From an uncultured Desulfosarcina sp. (GTDB lineage: Bacteria > Desulfobacterota > Desulfobacteria > Desulfobacterales > Desulfosarcinaceae), in assembly GCA_963674945.2 (NCBI GenBank), contig CAXXWQ010000004.1:896001-960000 (forward strand): 64,000 bases of DNA, read 5' to 3'. The notes under the pieces are model-generated. The model had not been told where the DNA came from, did no database searches, and saw nothing but the letters and a program-made list of their open reading frames with translations. The translations under genes were made by a program, and so were the position numbers. Below, in pieces: positions 1 through 10,855 of the stretch. Within the stretch, counting starts at the first letter, position 1. Every line of letters starts with the position of its first letter.

Positions 1-1504
1 GGATGGTCCCCGACAGGAGGTGCGATCTCCGATTTGGATGGCGGGCGAGGCCGGCCCGGAGCCTTTTTTTATCGGCCAATACCCGCTATTGACGGAAACC
101 GAATCGATTCAGGCCCTGGATGCGGCGGTTGCTGCCTATGATCATGGGCGGGGTCTGTGGCCCACCCTGTCCGTTGCCGAGCGAATTGATCACATGCAGC
201 AGTTCGTTTTTCGGATGATTGAAGAAAAAGACCGAGTCGTGCGATTTCTGATGTGGGAGGTCGGCAAATCGCTTCAGGATTCGCATAAAGAATTCGACCG
301 GACCATTCAATACATTAACGACACCCTTGCCGCGCTGAAAGACTTGGACCGCATATCATCCCGGTTCACCATCGAGGAGGGAATCATCGGCCAGATCCGG
401 CGCGCCCCACTAGGTGTGGTGCTCTGCATGGGACCGTTTAATTATCCGCTCAACGAGACCTTCACTACGCTGATACCCGCACTACTCATGGGCAACACTG
501 CGATTTTAAAGCCACCCAAGTACGGTGCGCTTCTTTACGCACCGCTTCTGGAAACCTTCCGCGATGTTTTCCCGAAAGGCGTCATCAACGTCATCTATGG
601 TGAGGGGAGAAAAGTGATTCCTCCGCTCATGGCATCCGGCAAGATCAATGTGCTGGGATTGATCGGCTCGAGCAAGACGGCCAATGCTTTGAAAAAACTG
701 CACCCTAACCCCAATCGACTCCGCTGCGTGCTGGGGTTGGAGGCCAAGAATCCGGCCATTGTTCTCAAAGGTGCCGATCTTGATCTGGCCGTGCGGCAAT
801 GCGTTCTCGGCTGCCTTTCCTTTAATGGGCAGCGTTGCACAGCACTTAAGATCCTCTTTGTGGAGGCCGCAATCGTGGACCTGTTTGTTGAACGTTTTTC
901 CGCGGCCGTTAATGCCCTGCCTTTTGGAATGCCTTGGCAAAAAGGAGTTTTCCTGACACCGGTGGCGGAAAAAGGCAAGACGGATTATTTGCGGGAACTG
1001 GTGTCGGACGCTGTTGCCCAAGGTGCCCGGGTCGTGAATCCTTCCGGAGGAGCGGTTTGCGGCAGCTTCTTTTTTCCTGCCGTCCTTTATCCGGCCAACT
1101 CTGAGATGAGAATCTATCATGAAGAGCAGTTCGGGCCGGTGGTTCCCGTGCTGCCATTCGACAACATAGACCAGCCCATTGCCTACATGATCAATTCCAA
1201 CTACGGCCAGCAAGTCAGCATTTTCGGCAGCGATCCGGACCAGATTGCACGATTGATCGACCCGCTGGTCAACCAGGTCTGCCGGGTCAACATCAACAGC
1301 CAGTGCCAGAGGGGACCGGACACGTTTCCCTTCACGGGCCGAAAGGATTCCGCCGAAGGAACCTTGTCCGTATCCGATGCCCTGCGGGTTTTTTCCATTC
1401 GAACCCTGGTTGCCGCCAAACAGACAGAGTTGAACAAACAGATCATCACCCGCATCGTGCGGGATCACAAAAGCAAATTTTTAGCGACCGATTTTATTCT
1501 ATAA
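1..1504 (+). CDS. gapN: NADP-dependent non-phosphorylating glyceraldehyde-3-phosphate dehydrogenase (ALDH family), copy 1; 5' end lies upstream of the window
   Basis: ALDH motifs GPFNYP, LGLEAKNPA, GQRCTA, EEQFGP; collinear with copy 2 at 19259-20884, which has a longer N-terminus. Confidence 0.85.
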   Translation, partial: DGPRQEVRSPIWMAGEAGPEPFFIGQYPLLTETESIQALDAAVAAYDHGRGLWPTLSVAERIDHMQQFVFRMIEEKDRVVRFLMWEVGKSLQDSHKEFDRTIQYINDTLAALKDLDRISSRFTIEEGIIGQIRRAPLGVVLCMGPFNYPLNETFTTLIPALLMGNTAILKPPKYGALLYAPLLETFRDVFPKGVINVIYGEGRKVIPPLMASGKINVLGLIGSSKTANALKKLHPNPNRLRCVLGLEAKNPAIVLKGADLDLAVRQCVLGCLSFNGQRCTALKILFVEAAIVDLFVERFSAAVNALPFGMPWQKGVFLTPVAEKGKTDYLRELVSDAVAQGARVVNPSGGAVCGSFFFPAVLYPANSEMRIYHEEQFGPVVPVLPFDNIDQPIAYMINSNYGQQVSIFGSDPDQIARLIDPLVNQVCRVNINSQCQRGPDTFPFTGRKDSAEGTLSVSDALRVFSIRTLVAAKQTELNKQIITRIVRDHKSKFLATDFIL

Positions 1505-1556
1505 AGGAGACCGAAAATGAAGAAAATTGGATGGATAAAAGAAAAGGCAATGGGTT

Positions 1557-2519
1557 ATGGCCACAAAATATCAAGATTACTATAAAATATTTGGGCTTGA
1601 GCGAAATGCGACAGCAAAGGATATCCAAAAAGCCTACCGGAAATTGGCTCGAAAATATCATCCGGATATTAACAAAGAAAAAACAGCTGAAGATAATTTC
1701 AAAAAGGTTACCGAAGCCTATGAGGTGCTGAAGAATCCTGAAAAGCGCAAGCTTTATGATCAATTGGGAGATGAATGGAAAAATGGACAGGATTTCAAGC
1801 CGCCGCCTGAATGGAAGCATCCACATTTTGATCGAGCACCTGATCAGGGAGAATTTTATAATAGCAAAGGATTCAGTGATTTTTTTGAAGCTTTATTCGA
1901 AGCAAATACCGGACAACAGGGGCCGTCAAATGGCTCTGCATATGGAAGCTGGAATTTGCGAGGGCAAGATCATGAAGCAAAAATAGAGATTAGTTTGGAA
2001 GAAGCCTATTCGGGTGCGCCGAAAGGTATCAGTCTGCAGAGTTTCGAAATCGATGCTCAAGGACAAGTGATTCCGGTGACTCGGAGCTACCAGGTTAAAA
2101 TTCCAAAGGGACTTGACGACGGTACTAGAATCCGTATGACCGGAAAGGGCGGCCCCGGCGTGAACAGCGGCCCTCCCGGTGATTTGTTCCTAAAGGTCAA
2201 TTTTATTCCCCATCCCCGATTTAAAGTAGTCGGGCACAATCTGAATATGGATGTGCCGATTACGCCTTGGGAGGCTGCACTTGGGGCCACAGTTACCGTC
2301 CGGCTGCTGGATGGGGAGATTCAGCTGAAAATCCCGGCTGGTATCCAATCAGGCAAAAAAATGCGTATCAAGGGCAAAGGCATGCCTAAAAAAATGAATG
2401 GCCATGGTGATCTTTATGCGCGCATTACCATTGTGATGCCGCAGACATTGACCCAAAAACAGATGGAGTTGTTTGCCGAACTCTCCGAAATATCGGATTT
2501 CAATCCGCGTGATTCCTGA
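1557..2519 (+). CDS. cbpA: DnaJ-class curved DNA-binding chaperone CbpA
   Basis: J-domain with HPD, no Zn finger, DnaJ C-terminal domain; followed by a cbpM-like gene. Confidence 0.9.
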   Translation: MATKYQDYYKIFGLERNATAKDIQKAYRKLARKYHPDINKEKTAEDNFKKVTEAYEVLKNPEKRKLYDQLGDEWKNGQDFKPPPEWKHPHFDRAPDQGEFYNSKGFSDFFEALFEANTGQQGPSNGSAYGSWNLRGQDHEAKIEISLEEAYSGAPKGISLQSFEIDAQGQVIPVTRSYQVKIPKGLDDGTRIRMTGKGGPGVNSGPPGDLFLKVNFIPHPRFKVVGHNLNMDVPITPWEAALGATVTVRLLDGEIQLKIPAGIQSGKKMRIKGKGMPKKMNGHGDLYARITIVMPQTLTQKQMELFAELSEISDFNPRDS

Positions 2520-2531
2520 TGGAGATTACAA

Positions 2532-2870
2532 ATGACGAGCAATTATTACCATATTATTCATTATCAACATGAACATTACCGGACATCTCCCGAGCTTATT
2601 TCGATAGATGAGCTGGCAAGGTTATCCAAACAGCACGTCGATATGATCAGATTTATGGTCGATTGGGGGCTGATCGAACCTTCGATAACGGATCCGCAAC
2701 CGCTTTTCTTCGAAACTGCGGTTCCTATGATCTGGAAAATTATGCGTATCCGAAAAGATTTGGGCGTAAATTGGTCCGGTATCGGCGTTATACTCACCCT
2801 TTTGGAACGAGTTGAAAGCCTGGAAAAAGAAGTTGCGCGTTTGGAACAAAATTTTAATGCCCTCAAGTAG
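2532..2870 (+). CDS. cbpM: Chaperone modulator CbpM (MerR-like HTH)
   Basis: RIRKDLGVNWSGIGVILTLLERVESLE motif; directly downstream of cbpA. Confidence 0.85.
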   Translation: MTSNYYHIIHYQHEHYRTSPELISIDELARLSKQHVDMIRFMVDWGLIEPSITDPQPLFFETAVPMIWKIMRIRKDLGVNWSGIGVILTLLERVESLEKEVARLEQNFNALK

Positions 2871-2877
2871 ATTCATT

Positions 2878-3116
2878 CCGGCACGAAGCTTTGTTATCGC
2901 AGGGATGTTGAAGATATCTTGACCAGGGAAATATTAGGTTCGCGGAAAAAATGGTCTCATATCATTGGTGTCGGTCTAATGGGTGACAACGGGTTTGGCG
3001 GACGATCTTATTATAGGGCTTTGTTCTCAAAGGATTGCTCATCAATACGGGTGTTGTGACCGATTTTACCCGGATTTCAGGCGAAACGCGAACCAATATT
3101 ATTCTTCGCGAACAGG
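2878..3116 (+). pseudogene. Two scrambled pfkB fragments (3' end, then an internal piece)
   Basis: 2878-2928 matches about 21827-21878 and about 3031-3116 matches about 21175-21259 of the intact pfkB. Confidence 0.75.
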
Positions 3117-3119
3117 GAA

Positions 3120-4517
3120 ATGATGATGTCTTTATCGATTACCGACAATAATGACACAGACGCCTTCTTACAGGGTCAGGAAAAGATCGGTCCCTTTCAA
3201 CGATTTTTCAACAAAATCGCAAGCGGGAGTTACCCTATTTTACTGGCAGTCATTCTGGCGATGATCTGGGCGAATCTATTGGCTGCCGCCTATCACTCTT
3301 TTTGGCATACCCCCTTATCTCTCTCGTTCGGGCAATTTAGCATCTCCAAGCCCCTGGTTCATTGGATTGACGAAGCTTTAATGGCCCTCTTCTTTTTTAC
3401 CGTCGGCCTTGAAATCAAACGCGAGATCCTTGTCGGGGGCCTTTCCTCTCCCAGGCAAGCCGCTCTTCCCCTTGCCGCTGCTTTTGGTGGCATGCTGGTC
3501 CCGGCAACCATTTTTTATCTGTTTAATCATGGAACAGCTGAAGCCACCGGCTGGGCCATCCCCATGGCCACGGACATTGCCTTTTCCCTGGCGGTTTTAG
3601 CTCTCCTAAAAGACAAAGTACCCAACGGTCTGCGGATTTTCCTGACCGCCTTTGCTATTGCCGACGATTTGGGGGCCGTTATGGTTATTGCGTTATTTTA
3701 TACCAAAACCATCGTATGGCAAAATTTGATCTTTTCTACTCTATTTTTTGTCGCCCTTTGTGTGGCGAACATCCTTTGGATTAGAAAAACCTTAGTTTAC
3801 ATCGTACTCGGTATGGGCATGTGGTTTACGATTTTGGGATCAGGTATGCATGCAACCATAGCCGGCGTGATCGTGGCCCTTTTTATTCCCGCAAGAGGAA
3901 AATACGACACGGAAACATTTACCGGAAATGTAAAAGCATATTTAAATCGGATCGTCTGTGAAAACGACTGCGGTTATACGATTTTAATGAATCAACAACA
4001 TCTCGATGCGGTTCAAGAGATCGAGATTGCCTGTTCAAACGTGGAGACACCGCTTCAAAGGTTGGAACATCATCTTCAATCATGGGTTGCCTATTTGGTT
4101 TTGCCCCTATTTGCACTGGCAAATTCAGGACTTGCTTTAAGAGAACTTGACGTGTTCACCGCGATCCGCCATCCGGTCACACTGGGTGTAATCTTCGGAC
4201 TTGTTTTCGGAAAACCGCTGGGAATCCTGTCCTTTACCTATTTGTGTTCCAAGTTTCTGCAAACACCTTTATTACAAGGGATAAAATGGTCTCATGTAGC
4301 GGGCGTCAGCCTATTGGGCGGCATTGGTTTTACGATGTCGTTATTTATTTCAGGCCTGTCCTTCACTTCAGCTCAAGTATTGGATTTTTCCAAACTTGGT
4401 ATCATTGCCGGATCGGTTGTATCCGGTATTGCCGGTTGGATTGTGTTGGGCTTTTTGGGCCGACCTGCACATACACCGGCATTTGACAAGCGCATTGCGC
4501 CCGGAGAACGATTATGA
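3120..4517 (+). CDS. nhaA: Na+/H+ antiporter NhaA
   Basis: FFFTVGLEIKRE, GWAIPMATDIAF, AIADDLGA, GIGFTMSLFI motifs. Confidence 0.93.
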   Translation: MMMSLSITDNNDTDAFLQGQEKIGPFQRFFNKIASGSYPILLAVILAMIWANLLAAAYHSFWHTPLSLSFGQFSISKPLVHWIDEALMALFFFTVGLEIKREILVGGLSSPRQAALPLAAAFGGMLVPATIFYLFNHGTAEATGWAIPMATDIAFSLAVLALLKDKVPNGLRIFLTAFAIADDLGAVMVIALFYTKTIVWQNLIFSTLFFVALCVANILWIRKTLVYIVLGMGMWFTILGSGMHATIAGVIVALFIPARGKYDTETFTGNVKAYLNRIVCENDCGYTILMNQQHLDAVQEIEIACSNVETPLQRLEHHLQSWVAYLVLPLFALANSGLALRELDVFTAIRHPVTLGVIFGLVFGKPLGILSFTYLCSKFLQTPLLQGIKWSHVAGVSLLGGIGFTMSLFISGLSFTSAQVLDFSKLGIIAGSVVSGIAGWIVLGFLGRPAHTPAFDKRIAPGERL

Positions 4518-5929
4518 GTGTCATTCTGCCAAAAACAAAGGTTGTCTGTACCATCGGTCCGGCCAGTGACTCGCCTGAAATCATAAGCGAATTGATACTG
4601 AACGGCATGCGCGTTGCCCGCTTGAATTTTTCTCATGGAACACACAGTGAGCATGAGAAAAAAATTCATACCATCAGAAAAATTGCCGGAGATATGGGCG
4701 AACCGGTTGCTATATTACAGGATCTCGGAGGGCCAAAAATACGGGTGGGGCATATCCCTGATCCAGGCGTCCGAATAGAACCGGGGCAGGATATTATTCT
4801 TACCACTCAGACAGTTGAAGGGTCGAAGCAGCGCATATCTGTTTCCTACCCGCTGTTAAACGAAGAAGTCAAAGCCGGAGATCGGATATTACTCGCAGAT
4901 GGCTTTTTGGAACTTCGGGTGCGCTCGGTAATCGGATCTGAAATCCATGGTGAGGTCATTACGGGCGGCGTGCTGACCTCTCACAAAGGGATTAATCTAC
5001 CGACCGGAACCATTCGCATGCCTTCAATGACGGATAAAGACCGTAACGATCTGTATTTTGGCCTGGGTCATGATGTTGATTATATAGCGCTGTCATTTGT
5101 CAGAACTGCGGCAGACATTCGAAACATAAAAGAAATCATTCGCCGGGAAAACAAGCATACGCCGGTCATCGCCAAAATTGAAAAGCATGAGGCCATCGCT
5201 CATTTTGAAGATATTCTGGATGCTGCCGACGCAATCATGGTGGCCCGAGGTGACTTGGGTGTGGAGATACCCTTGGAAGAAGTGCCCGGCATCCAAAAAC
5301 GACTGATTCAAAAAGCCAATGCTTTGGGAAAACCCGTTATTACCGCTACTCAGATGCTGCGCTCCATGGTAGATGCGCCACGACCAACCAGGGCCGAGGC
5401 CTCGGATGTAGCCAACGCTGTTTTGGATGGCACGGATGCCGTTATGCTTTCGGAAGAAACCGCGACGGGGAATTATCCGGTTCAAGCAGTTCGTTATATG
5501 ATTCGCATCGTAGCCCAAACGGAAAAAAACTACCCCCATGATCGATACCTGAAAATGGTGCCCGAAAAGGAGGTTTCGGACGCGGTGACATATGCTGCCT
5601 GCGTATTGGCGGATCACCTGGATGCAACTGCGATTTTAGCGCCAACACGTTCCGGCCGGACGGCCATACACATCTCCAGGTACAGGCCCAAGCAACCGAT
5701 TATTGCATTTACGCCCAGCCGGACAACCCTAAGGCAACTCTCTCTTTACCGTGGAATTTACCCCCGCATGATTTTAAACCATCAGGATACGGATGACCTG
5801 ATTGAAAAGGTATCCAAAAAGGCGGTTGAAACAGGCGATTTGGTTGAAGGGGAACTGGCCGTCATCACGGCCGGCAATCCGGTTTGGGTCGCCGGCATGA
5901 CGAATATGATTCGGGTCATGTCCTTATAG
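4514..5929 (+). CDS. pyk: Pyruvate kinase, copy 1
   Basis: [42 protein letters not shown]. Confidence 0.95.
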   Translation: MSVILPKTKVVCTIGPASDSPEIISELILNGMRVARLNFSHGTHSEHEKKIHTIRKIAGDMGEPVAILQDLGGPKIRVGHIPDPGVRIEPGQDIILTTQTVEGSKQRISVSYPLLNEEVKAGDRILLADGFLELRVRSVIGSEIHGEVITGGVLTSHKGINLPTGTIRMPSMTDKDRNDLYFGLGHDVDYIALSFVRTAADIRNIKEIIRRENKHTPVIAKIEKHEAIAHFEDILDAADAIMVARGDLGVEIPLEEVPGIQKRLIQKANALGKPVITATQMLRSMVDAPRPTRAEASDVANAVLDGTDAVMLSEETATGNYPVQAVRYMIRIVAQTEKNYPHDRYLKMVPEKEVSDAVTYAACVLADHLDATAILAPTRSGRTAIHISRYRPKQPIIAFTPSRTTLRQLSLYRGIYPRMILNHQDTDDLIEKVSKKAVETGDLVEGELAVITAGNPVWVAGMTNMIRVMSL

Positions 5930-5979
5930 AAATTGAGCCAAAAGCAGTAATCTGACGAATAACAGTGGGAGATAGAATA

Positions 5980-6270
5980 ATGAAACTGACGCTAATGCGG
6001 CACAGTGAAAGCGTTTGGAATAGGGAAAACCGCTTTACTGGGTGGACGGATGTCGATCTTTCCGGCCATGGCAGGATCGAAGCTCAAGAAGCGAGCAAGA
6101 CGCTCAAATCCGAAGGCTACTACTTCGATATCGCCTATACCTCAGTGCTCAAGCGCGCCATACGCACACTTTGGATTGTACTGGATGAACTTGACCAAAT
6201 GTGGATTCCTGTCGAGCGTTCGTGGCGAATGAATAGAAGAAGATCTTTTGCAGTGGCGAGATGGAAATGA
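5980..6270 (+). pseudogene. gpmA: Truncated 5' third of 2,3-BPG-dependent phosphoglycerate mutase
   Basis: Near-identical to 12477-12724, similarity ends at about 6228; RHG changed to RHS. Confidence 0.85.
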
Positions 6271-6284
6271 CGACGCCTATGATC

Positions 6285-6531
6285 CGGCTGGGCCTTGGCT
6301 TTGGTATCAGCCAATTCGTTGTTTTTCGGACTCAACCGTGCGCTTTTCAGCATAAGCGGGCTGCGGTTGGCGGCCGAGATGGCCGCTAACAGGTCAGTCA
6401 AATAGGTTGTTGCCTTAAGGGCTGACGCCAATGGGCTGCTGACGACGATTCGTTGGGGCATGAAAAAACAAATCCTCAGGGGGGCGGAGATTCTGGATCG
6501 GCTGTTACGGGGATTACATCTCAGGCAATAA
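6285..6531 (+). pseudogene. Remnant of a DUF21/CNNM-type membrane protein (N- and C-terminal pieces joined)
   Basis: Translated by hand: SANSLFFGLNRALFSISGLRL...*...DANGLLTTIRWG, then KQILRGAEILDRLLRG; resembles the two termini of DUF21 proteins, with an in-frame stop. Confidence 0.5.
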
Positions 6532-6586
6532 TTAGGCCGCAAGCTGCTTCCGGCTATTCAGAGTATTTTGATGGAAGGAATCAAAG

Positions 6587-7597
6587 ATGATTTATACCGT
6601 AACCTTAAATCCCGCATTGGACCGTTCCGTTGTTGTAGACCAGTTGCTTTCGGAAGACACCACCCGCATACTATCGGAAACGCCGTATGCTGCGGGCAAA
6701 GGCATTAATGTATCCAGGGTCATACGGGAGTTGGGGGGGCATGGTGTTGCCCTTGGTCTCATCGGCGGTTATGAGGGCTTACAGTTGGAAGGATTGCTTA
6801 TCAATGCGGGGGTCACGGCTGATTTTACCAGGATTTCAGGTGAAACGCGGACCAATATTATTCTTCGCGAACAATCAAAGGACCGCCAGTACGCGATCAG
6901 TGCTACCGGGCTGGAAGTTCATGCAACAGAAATCGGCCTATTTTATCAAAATGTTAACCGAATTCAGAATATGGATTACCTGATCTTGAGCGGGAGCCTT
7001 CCGCGCGGTCTATCACCGAATATCTATGGTCAACTGATCCTTACCGGTAAGAAAAAAGGTGATCGGTCCTTACCCGGAGGAGGAAGAGTCCCATATGATC
7101 AGCGCGGATGGGCACCCTGTTTTTATCCGCCCGGTAAAGCCCGAGGATGCCCCGCTTTTCACAGCGTTGTTCAAGGCCCTGTCGCCCACGACGATTTATC
7201 AGCGTTTTTTTGGGGCACTCAAGTCAAGGAACTGAATCCTGAAATGCTGGCCCGCTTCACCCAGATCGATTACGACCGCGAGATCGCGCTGGTGGCCATC
7301 GATGAAGATTCAGACACCGATCGCTTGCTGGGGGTGGCCAGAATCATCGGCGAGCCGGATGGACAAACAGGAGAGTTTGCCGTTGTGGTGGGCGATGCCT
7401 GGCAAAGCCGCGGCATTGGGTCGAACCTGCTGGGAAAATGCCTGTCCATCGCCGAAAAGCAGGGCTACACTATGGTTCTTGGCGTCGTGCTAAAAGAGAA
7501 CCAAAACATGCTCGCCATGGGAAAAAAGCTGGGGTTTGACATCCGTAGAGATGCCGAAGGCGGAGACAATGAGCTGGTGATTCATTTCGAGGTTTAG
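6587..7597 (+). pseudogene. Chimeric ORF: N-terminal half of PfkB fused to the C-terminal GNAT domain of an acetate-CoA ligase/Pat-type acetyltransferase
   Basis: 6587-7058 parallels pfkB 20971-21440; LARFTQIDYDREIALVA...GEFAVVVGDAWQSRGIG is a Pat-type GNAT domain. Confidence 0.75.
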
Positions 7598-7605
7598 AAC
7601 GGTCA

Positions 7606-8706
7606 GTGTCTGGAGATGATATTTTGAAAAATATAGCGCAACAAATTCCGTCACCGGAAGAGAGCACGAATCAGATTTTTGAACTCAGTGGGGCTAAATT
7701 TGAGCCTGACGTGGCCGCCGATCTGTGGCCCAAGATCATGAAACACAAGTGGCTTCTATCAGAAAAGCTCGGCAGGGATGTGGGGCTCCGGATTGCCTGC
7801 ATCGATTTTCTGGAAAACACCGAGCAAGCCCTTGTGGAATATATGATCTATAAACGAACGGATATTCTGAGCGATATGGGTGCTCAGACGGTCAAAAGAG
7901 AAATGTGGGATAGCATATCCGACTCCCAACCGCCCAAAATGCTGGTCCAACGCAGAATCATTTTACCCCTGACCGAGGAGGGCCTGTCCAAAAAGCATGG
8001 GGTGGTCCCGCCCAAGGCGATCATTTTCTTTGGACCTCCGGGTACCGGAAAGACCCATTTTGCGAAGGCCATCGCCGGTGTTTTGTCCTGGTGGTACATC
8101 GAAATCGTCCCCAGCATGTTGATGGCGGATGGTGTGGAAAAAATCGGTGCAAATCTACGGTTCATCATGGAGAGAGTCAGACAGCTCGATGAAGTGGTCC
8201 TTATTATCGATGAGTTCGATGAAATCGCAGGCAGCCGCGATAGGGCCAACCGGATCGACAAGTCCATCACCAACGAATTTTTGAAACAGATTCCATTGCT
8301 TAAAAACCAGGCAAACAAAATCCTATTGGTGTGTGCCACGAACTATATCCGGCAACTGGATGGCGCCATGCTTCGCCCTGGAAGGTTTGACTGCATCATT
8401 CCGGTCGGCGGGTTGGACCAGGAAGGCAGGACAACCATCCTGGCGCATTATCTATCCAGGCTGAATACCGGCCCAATCGATATAGCCCAGATCGTCGCAA
8501 TGACTATGGGGTTTACGCCCGCTGACATCCAGTATCTTTTTGAGCAGGTGGCGCAGTTCGCATTCGAGCAGGAGCTTACCGACAAAAAAGACTACCGCGT
8601 TACCGTGGAGACATTCACTCAAATTCTGAAAAGTGTGCGGGCATCCCTAAGCGAGGAGGTAATCGAAGAGTTTGAAAAGGACAGTCTCAGTTATTCGCGC
8701 TTCTGA
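7606..8706 (+). CDS. AAA+ ATPase with an N-terminal DUF4032-like segment
   Basis: Walker A GPPGTGKT, Walker B IIDEFD, SRH ATN...LRPGRFD; N-terminal HKWLLSEKLGRDVG. Confidence 0.8.
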   Translation: MSGDDILKNIAQQIPSPEESTNQIFELSGAKFEPDVAADLWPKIMKHKWLLSEKLGRDVGLRIACIDFLENTEQALVEYMIYKRTDILSDMGAQTVKREMWDSISDSQPPKMLVQRRIILPLTEEGLSKKHGVVPPKAIIFFGPPGTGKTHFAKAIAGVLSWWYIEIVPSMLMADGVEKIGANLRFIMERVRQLDEVVLIIDEFDEIAGSRDRANRIDKSITNEFLKQIPLLKNQANKILLVCATNYIRQLDGAMLRPGRFDCIIPVGGLDQEGRTTILAHYLSRLNTGPIDIAQIVAMTMGFTPADIQYLFEQVAQFAFEQELTDKKDYRVTVETFTQILKSVRASLSEEVIEEFEKDSLSYSRF

Positions 8707-8811
8707 AGTGGTGACGACAAGGTTTTGAGTTATGGGTGTTCTAAGAAATCGAAATAGCAGAAGGTATCCATTTTATTGGATCAACCAAGCATCCAAAAAA
8801 GGAGAAGAACC

Positions 8812-9060
8812 ATGATTAACAAAGACGAACTTTGCCGAAAAATCAAAGATATTTATCCGGACATCGGTGAATGCGGCGTCAATCTTAATGTTGCATTCGA
8901 TGAGGCAAATCAGCGGTGGGTGGTCGATTTGAAAAAAGGTTCCCGCCGAATGAGGACCTTTCTGGAAGAAGGGGATGCCGAAGCCTGTCTACAGGGCCGA
9001 CAGTGTGTCAGCCTGGGCATTGAAATCGGTCAACTGCGCGACACGATCGCGCGCATGTAA
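8812..9060 (+). CDS. Small hypothetical protein
   Basis: AGGAGA RBS before ATG 8812; operon position. Confidence 0.65.
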   Translation: MINKDELCRKIKDIYPDIGECGVNLNVAFDEANQRWVVDLKKGSRRMRTFLEEGDAEACLQGRQCVSLGIEIGQLRDTIARM

Positions 9061-9075
9061 CGTCATGGTACTGAC

Positions 9076-9732
9076 ATGCATACAGTCCTTTCAAACCCGA
9101 AGCGTGTTCAGTCGCAAGGCGAGGAAATCGCCAACAGCATCAGTCACGGCGCTGGTCTGGTCGGCGCACTGGCCGGAACACCATTTCTCATCTTGCATGC
9201 CGTAAGGCACTGGGATGCCGCATACATTGTCGGTACGAGTGTTTTCTCAGGGTCCATGATTCTTCTTTACCTTGCCTCGGCGCTTTACCATGCTTGTCCG
9301 ATCGGCAAAATCAAACGCTGTTTCCGGATCATTGAGCATTCCGCGATCTTCATTCTTATCGCCGGCACGTATACACCGTTAACTCTTGGCATACTTCGTG
9401 GGGCAATGGGCTGGATGCTCTTTGGGGCAATCTGGGGCCTTGCCGCAACCGGAGTGGTGCTGAAAGCTTTCTACCAAACCGCCCATCCAATTCTTTCCAC
9501 CTGCCTATATCTGCTTATGGGGTGGCTGCTAGTGATTGCGGTAAAGCCTTTATTGGCCGGCATGTCGGCTGCGGGTCTGTTCTTATTGATTGCGGGGGGC
9601 TTGTCCTATACCGCCGGTGTCGCCTTTTTTGCCACCGATTCGCGGATCCCTTATGGCCACTTTATCTGGCACCTTTTTGTCATCACCGGCACTACATGCC
9701 ATTATTTCTTAGTCCTTTGGTATGCGGCCTGA
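9076..9732 (+). CDS. Hemolysin III / PAQR family membrane protein
   Basis: EEIANSISHG, IFILIAGTYTP, HFIWHLFV motifs. Confidence 0.9.
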   Translation: MHTVLSNPKRVQSQGEEIANSISHGAGLVGALAGTPFLILHAVRHWDAAYIVGTSVFSGSMILLYLASALYHACPIGKIKRCFRIIEHSAIFILIAGTYTPLTLGILRGAMGWMLFGAIWGLAATGVVLKAFYQTAHPILSTCLYLLMGWLLVIAVKPLLAGMSAAGLFLLIAGGLSYTAGVAFFATDSRIPYGHFIWHLFVITGTTCHYFLVLWYAA

Positions 9733-10000
9733 GAATCAAGCAATTGTCATCCTATTGCCCATCCAGAAAGGGTTATATGTAACCATTGGTTAAATATAAC
9801 CCTTTTCAGGTGGTGATTAATGCTGCCCCCGGAATATTTGTTTAGCAAATTGCGTTTAAATATCAGAATGATAGGCATCGTTACCATGAATGCATGGTGC
9901 CTGGTACAAAAATTGAAAGTCCAGAAATTATCTGATGGACGTTCTGGTTACCGGCGAAAACGTGTGTGATTACAAAGCAAATTAGGAGTAGGAGCGATAG

Positions 10001-10855
10001 ATGATCATCAGCATAGCAAGTGGAAAAGGGGGGACGGGAAAGACGACTGTGGCCACCAATCTGGCCGTATCTCTCGGATCCGGTGTTCAGCTTCTGGACT
10101 GCGATGTCGAAGAACCAAACGCCCATCTCTTTATCCGTCCTTTGATTGAAGAAATTAAGATCATAACCACGCCTGTGCCCGAAGTGGACATGGATAAATG
10201 CACCCTTTGTAAGAAATGCACCGAGATCTGCCAGTTTAAGGCCATTGTGGTTCTTGGTGACACCGTTTTGCCTTTTCACGAACTCTGCCACAGTTGTGGA
10301 GGATGCATGGAGGTTTGCCCCGAGAAGGCCATTAGCGAGGTGGGTCGTGAACTGGGGTTGATCGAGTGCGGGCATAGGGATGGCCTGGAATTCGTGCACG
10401 GTAGGTTAAGGGTCGGAGAGGCCATGTCGCCCCCTCTTATCAGGGCGGTCAGGGATTTTACACGACTGGGGGGCCTGACCATCATTGATGCCCCACCCGG
10501 AACATCGTGTCCCGTGATCGCTTCCATGAAAGGGTCGGACTTCGTTCTTCTGGTCACTGAACCAACTCCTTTCGGCCTCCACGACCTCAAACTGGCTGTC
10601 GGTGCCACTAGAATGCTCGGGATTCCCTACGGTCTGGTCATTAACTGCTCGGATATAGGCGATGATCAGGTAAGCATCTATGCCCGAACGGAAGATATCC
10701 CCGTGCTCATGGAGATCCCCTTCGATCGGCGGATTGCGGAGACCTACTCAAGAGGTCGGATGATCGTGGAGGTGATGCCCGAGTGGAAGATGAAATTTCA
10801 GCAACTTTACCATCGTATTGAAGAAATAGCAGGTTCGAAAGGGTCAATGGCATGA
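10001..10855 (+). CDS. MinD-superfamily P-loop ATPase with inserted 2x[4Fe-4S] ferredoxin domain
   Basis: SGKGGTGKT, DCDVEEPN, two CxxCxxCxxxC motifs, DAPPGTSCP. Confidence 0.88.
   Translation: MIISIASGKGGTGKTTVATNLAVSLGSGVQLLDCDVEEPNAHLFIRPLIEEIKIITTPVPEVDMDKCTLCKKCTEICQFKAIVVLGDTVLPFHELCHSCGGCMEVCPEKAISEVGRELGLIECGHRDGLEFVHGRLRVGEAMSPPLIRAVRDFTRLGGLTIIDAPPGTSCPVIASMKGSDFVLLVTEPTPFGLHDLKLAVGATRMLGIPYGLVINCSDIGDDQVSIYARTEDIPVLMEIPFDRRIAETYSRGRMIVEVMPEWKMKFQQLYHRIEEIAGSKGSMA

Noticed and set aside
506..1468. Long antisense ORFs (also 19286-19903, 20144-20899, 63146-63886 and others)
   Set aside because: Shadow frames opposite well-supported genes, with no recognisable motifs
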